Shown: positions 12,336-24,716 of the stretch, one piece after another
Layout: each line of letters opens with the position of its first letter
Position numbering within the stretch: the first letter of the stretch is position 1
Origin: Eledone cirrhosa
Taxonomy: Eukaryota
DNA: 64,000 nucleotides
Reading direction: 5' to 3'
NCBI GenBank assembly: GCA_964016885.1
Contig: OZ024745.1
Location: 51,770,001 to 51,834,000, forward strand
Notes under the pieces: generated by a model
The model's input: only the letters and a program-made list of their open reading frames with translations
Database searches by the model: none
Told to the model about the DNA's origin: nothing
Made by a program: the position numbers and the translations under genes

Positions 12336-12447
12336 GGAATTACCCCTTGAGAAGATCGGCTATTTAAATACCAGGATAAATTTTCATTTAGTCCAGAATT
12401 AGCCGTCGAAACGGCTTGAGCTCAGCTGTCGGGGTCTTACTGGTTCC
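12336..12447 (+). ncRNA. Type I hammerhead ribozyme, U3-A8 core variant (inverted pLTR copy)
   Basis: ggaattacccc TTGAGAA gatcggcta...tagccgtc GAAA cggcttgagctcagctg TC ggggtcttactggttcc. Core at 12347-12353, cleavage after 12430. Confidence 0.8.
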
Positions 12448-12549
12448 TATTACCCACTCTACTACCTCAAGTATTGAGTACTTTGGTGCGTTATGGTCCA
12501 CCTGGTTCCTTACCACATTTCCTTCGTTACATATATATATATATATATA

Positions 12550-12923
12550 AGCACTTTAATACATGAATACACTTACATCTAACTATACACATCAAACATA
12601 TATATATATTTACTTATTTATATACATTTTCACATATATATACATACTTATGGACGTTTTTAGACACATTCATTATCGCATATTTGTACCTATTCTCATC
12701 AGCATATCTTTCCATTATTAGTGTGGTAATTTAAGGTTATTAATATATGTTGAGAAGAGATTGTTTTTATATTTTTCTAACTAGATTAAGGTTTATATAG
12801 TTGGGGGATGTCCCTCTTTTATGTAATATTCGGCTTGTAGTGGGAAAAAAGGGTTTTAGTTCTGTGACGGCAGAATAATGTTCGTTCAATTCTGTTATTC
12901 AGCAGTTTCTTCTTGTGTGTGAT
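12550..12923 (-). mobile_element. 3' end relic of another Hydra-type PLE with decayed hammerhead (~12648-12706)
   Basis: Minus-strand ITHKKKLLNNRIERTLFCRHRTKTLFSHYKPNIT* matches the LLN..E....CRH C-terminus. Downstream is tatg CTGATGA ... AAAA c GTC cata, with stem I intact and GAAA lost. Confidence 0.6.
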
Positions 12924-12959
<36 letters not shown>

Positions 12960-13520
12960 AAACGAGAGATGTTAGGTGTAAATCGAAGTTGTAACCGGAG
13001 TGGAGCAGATAACAATCGAATTGCTTCATTTGGTCGCAATGCATTCCATGGTGCACACATGTTTAATACAATTTCGTCCATTGTAATAAGAAACTTAAGA
13101 AAGTGTGACACCATGTATAAAACGACCAGGTGTATGTGACCATAGTTCATAACCACAAAAACGATAAATACAAGCATGTAAGAGAATAACCTCGACCACC
13201 ACAAATATATAAGAATTGATTAAATTCAAGAAAAATCTTTCATAGATTTCTGGGCTCTTGAAAGATGCCCCACGTGTTGCACAATGGTTATGCAATTTTT
13301 AATTGCACCTGGCTATTGTTTAACATTGGAAAGGTATCTCCTTTTATTAACAGGTATTCGTTCTATAGTATCTGGCGAAGTTCTGCCTGGACTAAACAGG
13401 GAAGTCTTATACTGTAGTTGTAAATTTGTAAATTCTTCGCTCATCATATAACGTCTCTCAATAGAAGGATGTCATCGTCTGAACTTTAGGCAGGTAATTT
13501 CAAGGTCTAAAGAATGAGAT
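12960..13520. mobile_element. Degenerate CR1/L2-like LINE 3' fragments
   Basis: Plus-strand AFHGAHMFNTISSIVIRNLRKCD resembles the F..RGPRLFN.LP..IRNL tail of CR1/L2-type RTs. Recognised by eye only. Confidence 0.3.
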
Positions 13521-13615
13521 CTTCACGTCCTCTATCTCACACACACACACACACACACGCACACACATACACGCACACACAAACACACACGCACACGCAC
13601 ACACATACACACGCG

Positions 13616-13688
<73 letters not shown>

Positions 13689-14116
13689 CCACACACACAC
13701 ACACACATACACACATATATATATATATGTATGTTTATAGACATATGTATTTATGTATGCATGTATGTATAATTTTGCGTTTCGGAGAGTTAGCACTTTA
13801 TTTGTATTCATAGACATTTTTATTTGATATTTCCCCATCAGATCTATAGTTTCAAATGGACACCTTTTGATAACTCCGAGCTGATCGTCAGTAAATTATA
13901 CCGTGCTGTGTTTCTTACAATTCTGATAAAAGATTGTGCTTAGATTACCATTGGAAAATGTATTTATATACATAACTACAAAATAAAGAATTTAGATATT
14001 ACTATATATGCATAGATCCCAATACACACTCAGAATATGAAATCTAAAATTTATTACCATATGTATCTTCATTCAGTATGCATAGAAATATATGCGATTC
14101 TTTTCTGTATATGCAT

Positions 14117-14176
<60 letters not shown>

Positions 14177-14278
14177 ATATAACTCTGCGCGTTCGTGTCT
14201 ATTTGCATATATGTATATATCTGTATATCTGTCTATCTAAGAAATCTATCTATATCTATATCTCTATATATATTCACT

Positions 14279-14367
<89 letters not shown>

Positions 14368-15294
14368 AGAATCACATATATATGTATATATTCGAACATA
14401 TACTCTTGTTTTATGTATGATAGTTTCTTGAATATGTAAATCCGAAGGTATCTGGTAGGATTGGCAACTTTGTGTTTATGAGGTTGGGTGGATGTTTAAA
14501 AGCTTGTATCTATGTAAGTCAATACATGCGTATAATATATACTATAGGAAAAATATTATGAGGCGGATTTCATTTATTTCAATAAACAGCATTTAATCAT
14601 TATATAGGTATATCTCTCAAAGACACTTCAGTTATTATGCAACATACATATAACATAAGATGTTATCAACATATAAATAGACACTGCAAAACATTGGTTT
14701 TATTATATTAAAGATGAAAAACGTATTTGTACACATTATATTTCATGTTTTTTTTTCATGTTTTTCATTTTTCAGCAATATAAAATAAAATATTCTATTT
14801 GTAATGGAGATGTTTAAGAAACGGAATCCGTTGAATACGTCGTATAAATTTTAAGTATATTGATACAATCGGCTACAGATGGCAATATATGCAATTTTCG
14901 GAAAGTTTGTTGTATACATCCTGACAAACAGAAGATGTTTGCTTAAAGGAGTGAAAACATCAAATGAAGATAATGAATGAAAAATTGAATGAAAAATTAT
15001 CTATTAAAGACAGCATAAAACCGACTGAAAATCGATACTAACTGAAGATTGATGTGATAGGAAGCAACTAGTATTCAAGGAAATTGTGAAAAAATACTGT
15101 ATTTAAGAGACTTTGGAATCAAAACGAAATAGAAATAATAACGTTTGGCTACAATTAGATATATTATTTGCTTAGTGAAAAGGATAATATATTCAGTATA
15201 TACAAATGTTTAAAATGTATTCTATTCTAAGAAAGTAAAGGTGTGGTGTAAATAGAAGTTTTTAAGTGCAATTTGTGACATTTTACGAACATAA

Positions 15295-15338
<44 letters not shown>

Positions 15339-15344
15339 TATATA

Positions 15345-15430
<86 letters not shown>

Positions 15431-15456
15431 CACACATAAAGACACACACATACATG

Positions 15457-15548
<92 letters not shown>

Positions 15549-15580
15549 TACATACATGTATGTGTGTGTCTTTATGTGTG

Positions 15581-15626
<46 letters not shown>

Positions 15627-15700
15627 GTATATATACATCTAAGGGCGCTGACTCAGCATGGTCTTAGCTGGATGGCTGGAACAGGTAAAAGAGTAAAAGA

Positions 15701-15745
<45 letters not shown>

Positions 15746-15748
<3 letters not shown>

Positions 15749-17080
15749 ATGCTTTTGGTTTTCAAGGTTAAACAATACCAATATAGTGAATAATGCATAT
15801 TTAAATACGAATATTTCATTCTTTAGCATTTTAAATCTCCTCGAGGCAAATAAAATTTGCCTGTCATTCCCAAACAATGGCTGGCGGGAGACGGAACTTC
15901 ATAATACTGTCAGATGATAGTCAAAACCGTTCCACGTCATAGCAGATGTGAACATACCCTGCAAATCATCAATACCCGAGCACTTGCAGAAGGGGTCCAG
16001 AACGTTCTTATCACCCTGTATGCATCTGAGACAGGCACTTGTCTTCAGAGTTTATCATGAACTAACAGTGCCTCTCTGGTTGCACTACCAGGCCAGGGAA
16101 GTTTTCCATGTCCCATGGACAAAACTTTCTCTGAATATAAAAACTAAAGCCATAGATTTTCGCCCATGCCTAAACTGCTATTTATCTTCTATCGAATGCA
16201 ATGGTAGACATTCTACCAACCATATTGGATGAGTGACCGTGCATCAGGTAAGTGCCAAACTACTTGTTTAAATGTGGTCCAAAATCTTCAACCCTAAGTT
16301 TTGGCCAGATATGTACATAAAATTGTAATTTGTTTCAGCATTGTGAGGGTCCTTATAGTATAGCACTATAACTGACGATCCCTCGGCTCTGCTCTCTTTT
16401 GAGATAAGCATATTCCAAGTGGTTGAGGAATTGTCTGTTATATAACATTCTATTTCGCAAGGATTACCATCTAGCTAGGTTATTTGTATTTCATACGGGC
16501 CGACATAGTCACACGTATATCAATGGCTGTTATTGTCGTTACACAAAACACAATATCTGTTACTGAATTCCAGGGTGAGTCTTCGCTGTAGACATTGAAA
16601 TCCACCCTGGGTTTCCAACTATTTCTCAGACCACACAATTTATTAAAATGGATAGGCACATCATTATTTTTAATCATCTAACACGTTCGTATCGTGGTAC
16701 GCAAAGACGGAATTCTTGCTACTTTGTTACTCTACGTCTTTGCAATTCAGCTTCATCGAAGGATATTATTTCGTGTCTTAGAGAACGCCTCTTTAGAGTT
16801 GACAAATCAGAATTCTCATTGTTTACTGCTGGAATCAGCTAGACGGTGCCTGCTGGTAGCCTTCTATTCATAGTTGGATTATCAAAATGTTAATTTATTA
16901 AATATAACTTATATCTTAAGATATACGAAATTATAGATTGATAGTCTGTAGTACTAGGACAAGGACGATCACACATTGAAAACGTACAAGATACATGTTA
17001 TGGTGCCGAGGTGGTATACTACTGAAAGTAGTTACCTATTCTCACAGGTGGTAACTAGATCAGACCACCGAGCTTTTATT
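15746..17080. mobile_element. Degenerate APE-endonuclease fragments of an L2/Rex-like LINE, partly inverted
   Basis: Minus-strand GFSFYIQRKFCP (~16110-16150) resembles GGVCFYIN..WC. Plus-strand CSTR...RSDH lies at ~16948-17070. Confidence 0.3.
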
Positions 17081-17221
<141 letters not shown>

Positions 17222-17245
17222 TATATATATACTATATATATATAC

Positions 17246-17279
<34 letters not shown>

Positions 17280-17347
17280 GTATATATATATATATATACT
17301 ATATATATATATATACTATATATATATATATATACTATATCTTTATA

Positions 17348-17382
<35 letters not shown>

Positions 17383-17384
<2 letters not shown>

Positions 17385-17968
17385 TAGCTAAACTACCCGT
17401 CCTTTGGATGGTTCAAGTAGCTTTCGATTTAACTCATTAAACTAAACAAAGTAAATTTGATTAAATATAAGAAAAACGTACTTTATGTTAACATGAACAC
17501 CTTAGGCACTATTCCAGCGAAATTATTAATATGTGATCTCGGTGTCTTTTTTAAAAACAGTAAAAGCGCATCATGAAATTGAGAAGTGGAGTGAATAAGA
17601 GACACTATTATGTACAAAGCATAATATTGTAAAAGTTATGACATCACGTAATGTATGAACATGAAGGAAGCGTACCTTTTGTTTCAAGTACAAAGAGTAA
17701 ATCAAAATCCGAATGAGCCGAATTACGAAAGATAACTCTTGTCTTACTTAATCACGAAAATTCACACAAATAACCGAAACTTTTTTTATGTCTCCAAAGG
17801 AACCAATATCAATTCTTGAAAGCCTTTGTAGATCATGTACAGGTTTTGTGCAAGAAGAAGCTCTGTAAAAAATTTCAAAGAAATCGCATGAATGGTTTAG
17901 AATATGTGAGCCCTCATTAAAAATTGTTCACACACACACATACAGAAAACTTCGTCTTTATATATATA
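17383..17968 (-). mobile_element. Non-autonomous Helitron-like element
   Basis: The minus-strand 3' end reads accatccaaaggacgggt (hairpin), then agtttag CTAG|T. The 5' end is TATATATAAAG followed by a (TG)n microsatellite. This matches the Lep1/DINE-like Helitron layout. Confidence 0.6.
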
Positions 17969-17989
17969 CATGTATATATATATATATGT

Positions 17990-18077
<88 letters not shown>

Positions 18078-20058
18078 ATTACACACAGAGTGGATCACCG
18101 AACGTTCATACATATGTAAATATATATAAACTTATTCAATATGTAGACGAGGAAACAAGCCAGAAAATGCGAAGTTCATCGTAAAATGAAAAACAAAATT
18201 ATAAACAAATATAATCTGTTTGCGGATCTTGGTGGGGTCCCATTAGTAGGCGTGTACATCATCGAAACAAACAGAAGGAAAAACGTGCTTGATAGTCATA
18301 TATACTCATTCACCCTTATAATTCTGAGATGGGCGTACTAATTTGCATAAAATTAGCGCTCGTGTGGGCTTATGAGGTGAGCTAGCAGCCGAAGAGTTGG
18401 ATAATGTCATAAAGAGTGGGCAACAAAGACCGCGCCAATGTGTATGCAAGTATACACATATTTAATATGTAAGCATATAATAATAACAGAAAATAGGACG
18501 TTCCCTGTGAATTGAAAACATAATAATCTTTCGATTTTCCTTCGTAGGTTGCCATCGTCAAAAGACATATATAATATCGAAACAACCACACAAAACACGA
18601 TTTTAACGTGCCTACAATTTCAAGATTTAAAAGATTTAGTTCAGTTACTCCTATTGTATTACCACAACATAATAGCGAATTATTGATACGAAGGCGGCTG
18701 GTTAGCAATGCGATCAATATGACAGACTGTTTCATCACACAGCTAGCCGGGTCACCTCCCTATCAACACTTTGTTTATAAGAAGACGTCGCGGATTGTCA
18801 TTTGTCATCGTCTTAGGAGCTAAGCCGGGCATAGGAATACATAACTTTTCATCGTGCAACATTAAAGGAATATATTGAAATCCTGCTAATTTGTATGTGT
18901 ATATATTTGAATTATGTTTAAAGAATAGTGTTCCATTTGTACTCCGTCAAAACGATATAAGGGAAATAATTAGAGTATATTTATATTAAAAGTATATAGA
19001 AAAAAATAAAAATAAAAGTAAATATTCAGCCTTGTAAATATTGCAGCAGATTCAGTCCAGATATTTTACTTCTAAATTTGCTGAAGAAGAAAATGTGAAA
19101 AACGGCACTAATTAAACGAGAAAGTATGTCATAATCCCACAAAAATATAACTCACAGGGATTCACCAACATTATAAATAGTGATAATAACAGGAAAGAAT
19201 CCAAGGAATGAAATATTCAGATATTTCTAACTAAAGATTTTAACAATAGACATACCGTTTCGCAATAATCTATGATTTACTATAGACCATTTTTAACATT
19301 CATCTTGGTAGCATATGAATTCATTATCAATTTCTCCAAATAAATCGAACATGTGTCTAACATATATATATATATATATATTCATAACATTCTTAGGAAT
19401 GAAATTTCTGTCATCCATAATCTCCAACAAGCAACATTAAAAAAATAAAGCACGCAAAACTAAACCAATATAAAGTACATTTCAAAACAGAATATTCCCA
19501 CATGTAATGTAGAGTAAACAGAATTTAAATACAAATACTGAAAATAAATTGCAAAATATAAACACAATACCACCGATTTAAAAATATATTTTGATTACGT
19601 GTGACAAAAATGACACTAATTCTATTTGAATTAAAAATATGTATTTGCTGATAAAATTCTGTATAATAATATGATTTATATCCTAACATAAATCTTCCAT
19701 TTTATTCCATTAATCTTAACATTCGAAGATGACATATTTCCATAAAGCACTGCAGCATCATTGCATGCAATATACATTTACAAACTAACGAAAAGTTATA
19801 AACAAATGAATCTATTTTTCTATTGAATCAATAATAATATTGAGATTGTACTTTGCACACATATATATATTGTTTAAAACACAAGCCGAAACCGCATGGT
19901 GCCGCAGTCGGGGTTTCACATATCTCTCTACCCACTCTGTATCTCCCCATGCATTGAAAACTCTCATGACTAGTAGTCTCCCCGGTCTCAGCACCGCAGA
20001 CTCTCTCTCTCTCTCTCTCCCCCTCTCTCTCTCCCTCTCTCTCTCTCTCTCCCCCTCT

Positions 20059-20092
<34 letters not shown>

Positions 20093-20385
20093 CACTTTAT
20101 ATGTATGTATATATATAAATATATATATATACGTGAGAAAATATATATATATATGTGAGAAAAACCACAGACCCTCCATCTCAACTCACCTTTCGAAAAG
20201 CAGAAGAACTGCGAAACCGGTAAAGGAACCAAATAAATATATATATTTTTTTAAAAAAATAAGACTCCAGTTGCATTTTCGATTTCATCTCTTTTTCTTT
20301 ATACTTTCACTCGTGTAGGACACCTCGGTTATTTTTCATTTTGTAAAAAAAAAAAAAAAAGAAAAAAAAAAAACCTCACTTTCTA

Positions 20386-20432
<47 letters not shown>

Positions 20433-20607
20433 TGTGTTTAATGGTAGCTACGATGCTTCCATAGGCGGTATGCCGGTTGAGCACTCTATGTTCTTACAGA
20501 GCAGAGTGTGATATAATATAAAACGAAAAATAAGTGATGCATCTGAACTCAATTTATTGTGTGTTATAATTGTTTCGCCGGCAGACAGCTCGAGACAGGA
20601 TCATTGT

Positions 20608-20664
20608 ATGGATCTGTCTGATTCTAGATCTGCAGGTTCGTCGGACACTGGCAATAATTTCGGA
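20608..20664 (+). CDS. Candidate first coding exon of an unidentified host gene ([19 protein letters not shown])
   Basis: Acceptor ttgtttcgccggcag| at 20584, ATG at 20608, an open GC-balanced frame, and a perfect phase-0 donor GGA|gtaagt at 20665. A possible upstream UTR-exon donor ccg|gtaaag lies at 20220. Confidence 0.45.
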
Positions 20665-20931
20665 GTAAGTTCGAAAATTATTGCCAGTATATATATGTGT
20701 GTGTCTGTGTGTGTGTGTGTGTGTGGGTGGGGGGGGGGTATGATGTATGTATATATATGTGTTTGTATGTATATCTATGTGTGTATGTATATATATATAT
20801 ACGTATAAACATATATATATATATATATAGTATATATACATATATATATACATATATATATATATTATATATACATATATATATATATATATATTTTATA
20901 TATACATATATATATATATATATGTGTATAT

Positions 20932-21040
<109 letters not shown>

Positions 21041-21066
21041 TTGGTATTTATATATATCCATATATA

Positions 21067-23125
21067 TATATATATATTTATTTATTCAGGTTTGAAGGTT
21101 CACCACTGGATAGAGCTGGTCAATCTTAATGTTATAATATTGAGAGTACTCAACGTAAAGCAGTTCAACCGTCTTCGTTTTCGTAGTTGGTGGTGCTAGT
21201 ACGGAGTTATAATAAAATGACAGGAGACTGGACTTGTGTAAATCCTTGAGAGGTTTATTATACTATGATCATTTCAATGACCGGGTTCCGTATGAATCCG
21301 GTGATATCATCAGGTATTCGAAATACAATAAATGAATGTAATAGGTAAAATCCATGGGTCTGAAAATCAAAGACAGGAGGACGACCGACCATCTAGCATC
21401 TTCCACTTTAGCCGGTCGCCCTCAATTGTTGGCTATTCGGTCTACTTGAGGCCATCTGGTGAGGGAGGGGGGGGGGTGTAAAGCTTTTAGTGTGTTACTA
21501 CCCTCCCGGTCAAATAGGATGGGAGCGGGAGGTAAATCAGCGCCAATATCATGCTACACGAAAAAAGACAGAAAGAAGGGCGAGGAAAAGAAAGAAGAAG
21601 AAAAGTCAGCGTTAATGTCGAGCTACAAGAAGAAGACAGACAGAAAGATGAAGAGAAGTCCGTACTAATGTCAAGCTAGTCAGGCCAGGAGTGGCGCGAA
21701 AAAATGTAATTCTAAAGGACCCCTATCTTAACAGAGGTATATATTATAGCAGAGGTATATATTATAACAGTGGTAAATATAGTGGGGGGTCTGCCTGTTA
21801 TAATGTGTGAGCAGAATATTGAACGTTAATTTTTGTTTAGATCTATAGGATGAAGTTACAAACATTTAATATCTAATATTAACATTACAAAATTAAAGAA
21901 ATTAGAAAATTGAAAGTTAAACAATTTAACATTTTTAACGTTTTGGTTGCGAAGTTTAAGTAAATTAAGAGTCTTTTATGAAGAAACTTAAATTGTATTA
22001 TAGAGTAAAGATTATGTCTTTGTTTAGCAGTCAAACAGCATGTGGCGAATGCAGGGTCTGTCGGCCCAACCTTACCGCGTGTCAGCCCTTCCGAGTGATA
22101 TCGCCTAGCGAAAGATACGGAAATCAATTTTTCCAAGAACTCTAGAAATGTATAACAGGCTTCAGGTGCGCCAGAGGGAAGTCAGCCCTCATCGTTAGGC
22201 CATCCTTGTACCAAACCAGTACTATTAATCTACCCAGGAGGGGGATTTTATTAAGTAGAGGGAGACGTGATACATCTAATAGTTATGATTAGGTCTCCAA
22301 TTTAAAGGTACTATATGGCGGTCAAAAAACCGGCTGCGCGCCGGGCCCCTGGGGCGAATCAGTCCGCTCCTAGTAGTTTCATTTACCGAAAGAAGGGGAA
22401 ATTTACTTTTCCAAGCACTCAAGGTAGGCCTATGCGCCAGGAGGCCGGTCCCGCAGCCAGGAAAACCAACCCTCCAGTCCGACAGAAAATTGGAACTTTA
22501 AATTATGGTTTAGATTTATAGGATGAAGTTAAACATTTTTTTGACCGACATATAGTACCTTTAAATTGGAGACCTAATCATAACTATTAGATGTATCACG
22601 CCTCGTTCTACTTAAACAAATCCCCCTCCTGGGTAGATTAATAGTACTGGTTTGGTACAAGGATGGCCTAACAATGAGGGCTGACTTCCCGCTGGCGCAC
22701 CTGAAGCCTGTTATACATTCCTAGAGTGCTTGGAAAAATTGATTTCCGTATCTTTCGCTAGGCGATATCACTCGGAAGGGCTGACACGCGGTAAGGTTGG
22801 GCCGACGGAGCCTGCAGTCGCCGCATGCTGTTTGACTGTTAAACAAAGACATAATCTTTACTCTATAATACAATTTAAGTTTCTTCATAAAAGACTCTTT
22901 CTTTACTTAAACTTCGCCACCAAAACCTTAAAAATTTTAAACTGTTTAACTTTCAATTTTCTAATTTCTTTAATTTTATAATGTTAATATTAAATATTGA
23001 ATTTTTGTAACTTCATCCGATAGATCTAAACAAAAATTAACGTTCAATCTTCTGCTCACACATTATAACAGGCAGACCCCCACTATATTTACCTCTGTTA
23101 TAATATATACCTCTGTTAAGATACG
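21067..23125 (-). mobile_element. PLE non-coding (pLTR/UTR) insertion with ~590-bp inverted repeat (21724-22317 / 22549-23122)
   Basis: The arms are near-identical reverse complements, giving the mirrored spurious ORFs 21885-22136 and 22730-22981. A minimal hammerhead lies near the left end and TA tracts flank the insertion. Confidence 0.7.
21260..21317 (-). ncRNA. Minimal type I hammerhead (partly decayed)
   Basis: atac CTGATGA tatcaccgg attc atacg gaac ccggtcatt GAAA tgatca TA gtat. Loop III is palindromic and there are two mismatches at the base of stem II. Confidence 0.6.
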
Positions 23126-23254
23126 GACGAAGAGTATAAGAAGGAGAGAGAAAGAGAGAGGAGAGAAAGAGAGAGAGATAAACATTTAAACTGAGAAACG
23201 CTGTCTCCACAATAAAACTCACCTCCTACATATATATATATATATATATATTTA

Positions 23255-23286
23255 CGTATAGGCGAACCTGTAAACGCGTGCACACA

Positions 23287-23378
<92 letters not shown>

Positions 23379-23410
23379 CGCGTGTACGCGCGTTTACCGG
23401 TTCACGTATA
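23255..23410. repeat. Imperfect palindrome centred on (TA)n
   Basis: gaacctgtaaacgcgtgcacacacg (TA)n cgcgtgtacgcgcgtttaccggttc. Confidence 0.7.
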
Positions 23411-24186
23411 CATAAATTCATAACCTAGCTCCGTAACATGGGCATAAAAATATGTAATCAATTGGTTCCTTCTCTACATGACAAATTTCAATCGTTTTAA
23501 ATTTACTCCATAACGATCTCTATGTAAAAATAATCATTTTTACTGAACTTGAATTACAATTGTCTATCTGATGAAATTTATGACTAAAGCTATATACTTA
23601 ACACATTTCATCAACCCTCTAAGGGGCAAAACCTGATAAAAGTGCGGTGATGAAAGGGTAAAAGGAAATTCCAAAGCAAGTCAGAAGATTAAATTAGGAA
23701 GTACTTTGCTGATAAGTACTCTGAATCAGGACTAACTAGAATTCATAAAATAACTACAACGAAATCCCTGCCGTCAATTGATTCTTGAGATTCTTACAAT
23801 ATGAAAATCTAAATTTCAATAATTCCATTAATAAATTTGATACCAACATTTCGAATAATGTGGCTTGAAATAATATATGTTTGGGGACGATACATCACTT
23901 GAAAAAGCGATTTTAATTTACATGATAATCAGGTAAAAATGTGTAATACCTTATGTAAAATATATCGCTTAACTGATATTCCATGTGAGCATCAAGGAGG
24001 TAATACTTACGAAAGGTGTTGTATTCGTAATGATACTTCAATAAATTAAATTTCCCGAAGGCAATAGGCTCTATAACGCCTAGAACTAGAAACGTTACAG
24101 ATATATATATGCAATGAGATATATAACCTCACTCATCGTAGCAATGCACACATATATAAATTCACAGATACAGACATATTGATCTG

Positions 24187-24260
<74 letters not shown>

Positions 24261-24265
<5 letters not shown>

Positions 24266-24348
24266 GGTGTCCAATAACTTTGATTACATGCACAGGAAAT
24301 AGTTATTAGAATACTGTTGAAGTGTGAATACATTTATGGGGACACACT
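24261..24348. mobile_element. Tiny Tc1/mariner-like MITE
   Basis: TA-cagggtgtccaataa ... ttatggggacacact: imperfect TIRs with the typical CAGGGTGTCC end. Confidence 0.4.
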
Positions 24349-24530
24349 CTCTATCGCTATATAGATGAATATATATATATGAATATACTACCAAAGTTAA
24401 ATCAAAGTTGCCATGTCTGAAAATATCAGAAGCATGCGCCATATCACCTGTGGAATAAGCTCTAAGATTACAAGTAATAAATCAGAGCATTTATTAACAT
24501 AAAATTAATATTTCGATAGACTTTTAATTT

Positions 24531-24596
<66 letters not shown>

Positions 24597-24677
24597 CATA
24601 TATATATATATGTGTGTGTGTGTTTGTGTGTGTGTGTGCGCCTGTTTGTGTGGGTGTGTGTGCGTGTTTCTGTGTGA

Positions 24678-24711
<34 letters not shown>

Positions 24712-24716
<5 letters not shown>

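Larger units (their letters stand above)
6712..12529 (-). mobile_element. Intact Penelope-like retroelement (Hydra-clade type): 3540-bp unit (6712-10251) + partial tandem copy/pLTR (10252-11884) + inverted pLTR with ~80-bp tail (11885-12529)
   Basis: 6712-8344 is near-identical to 10252-11884. 11885-12529 is the reverse complement of ~10172-10817. Both ends abut TA repeats. It encodes RT and GIY-YIG. Tandem plus inverted pLTR architecture is an established PLE hallmark. Confidence 0.95.

Noticed and set aside
22330-22470. HDV-like ribozyme (ggcctcctggcgc motif on the minus strand)
   Set aside because: The nested double pseudoknot (P1, P1.1, P2, J4/2) could not be built.
21885-22981. Pair of similar 83-aa ORFs on opposite strands
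   Set aside because: A consequence of the inverted repeat. They have non-ATG starts and no motifs.
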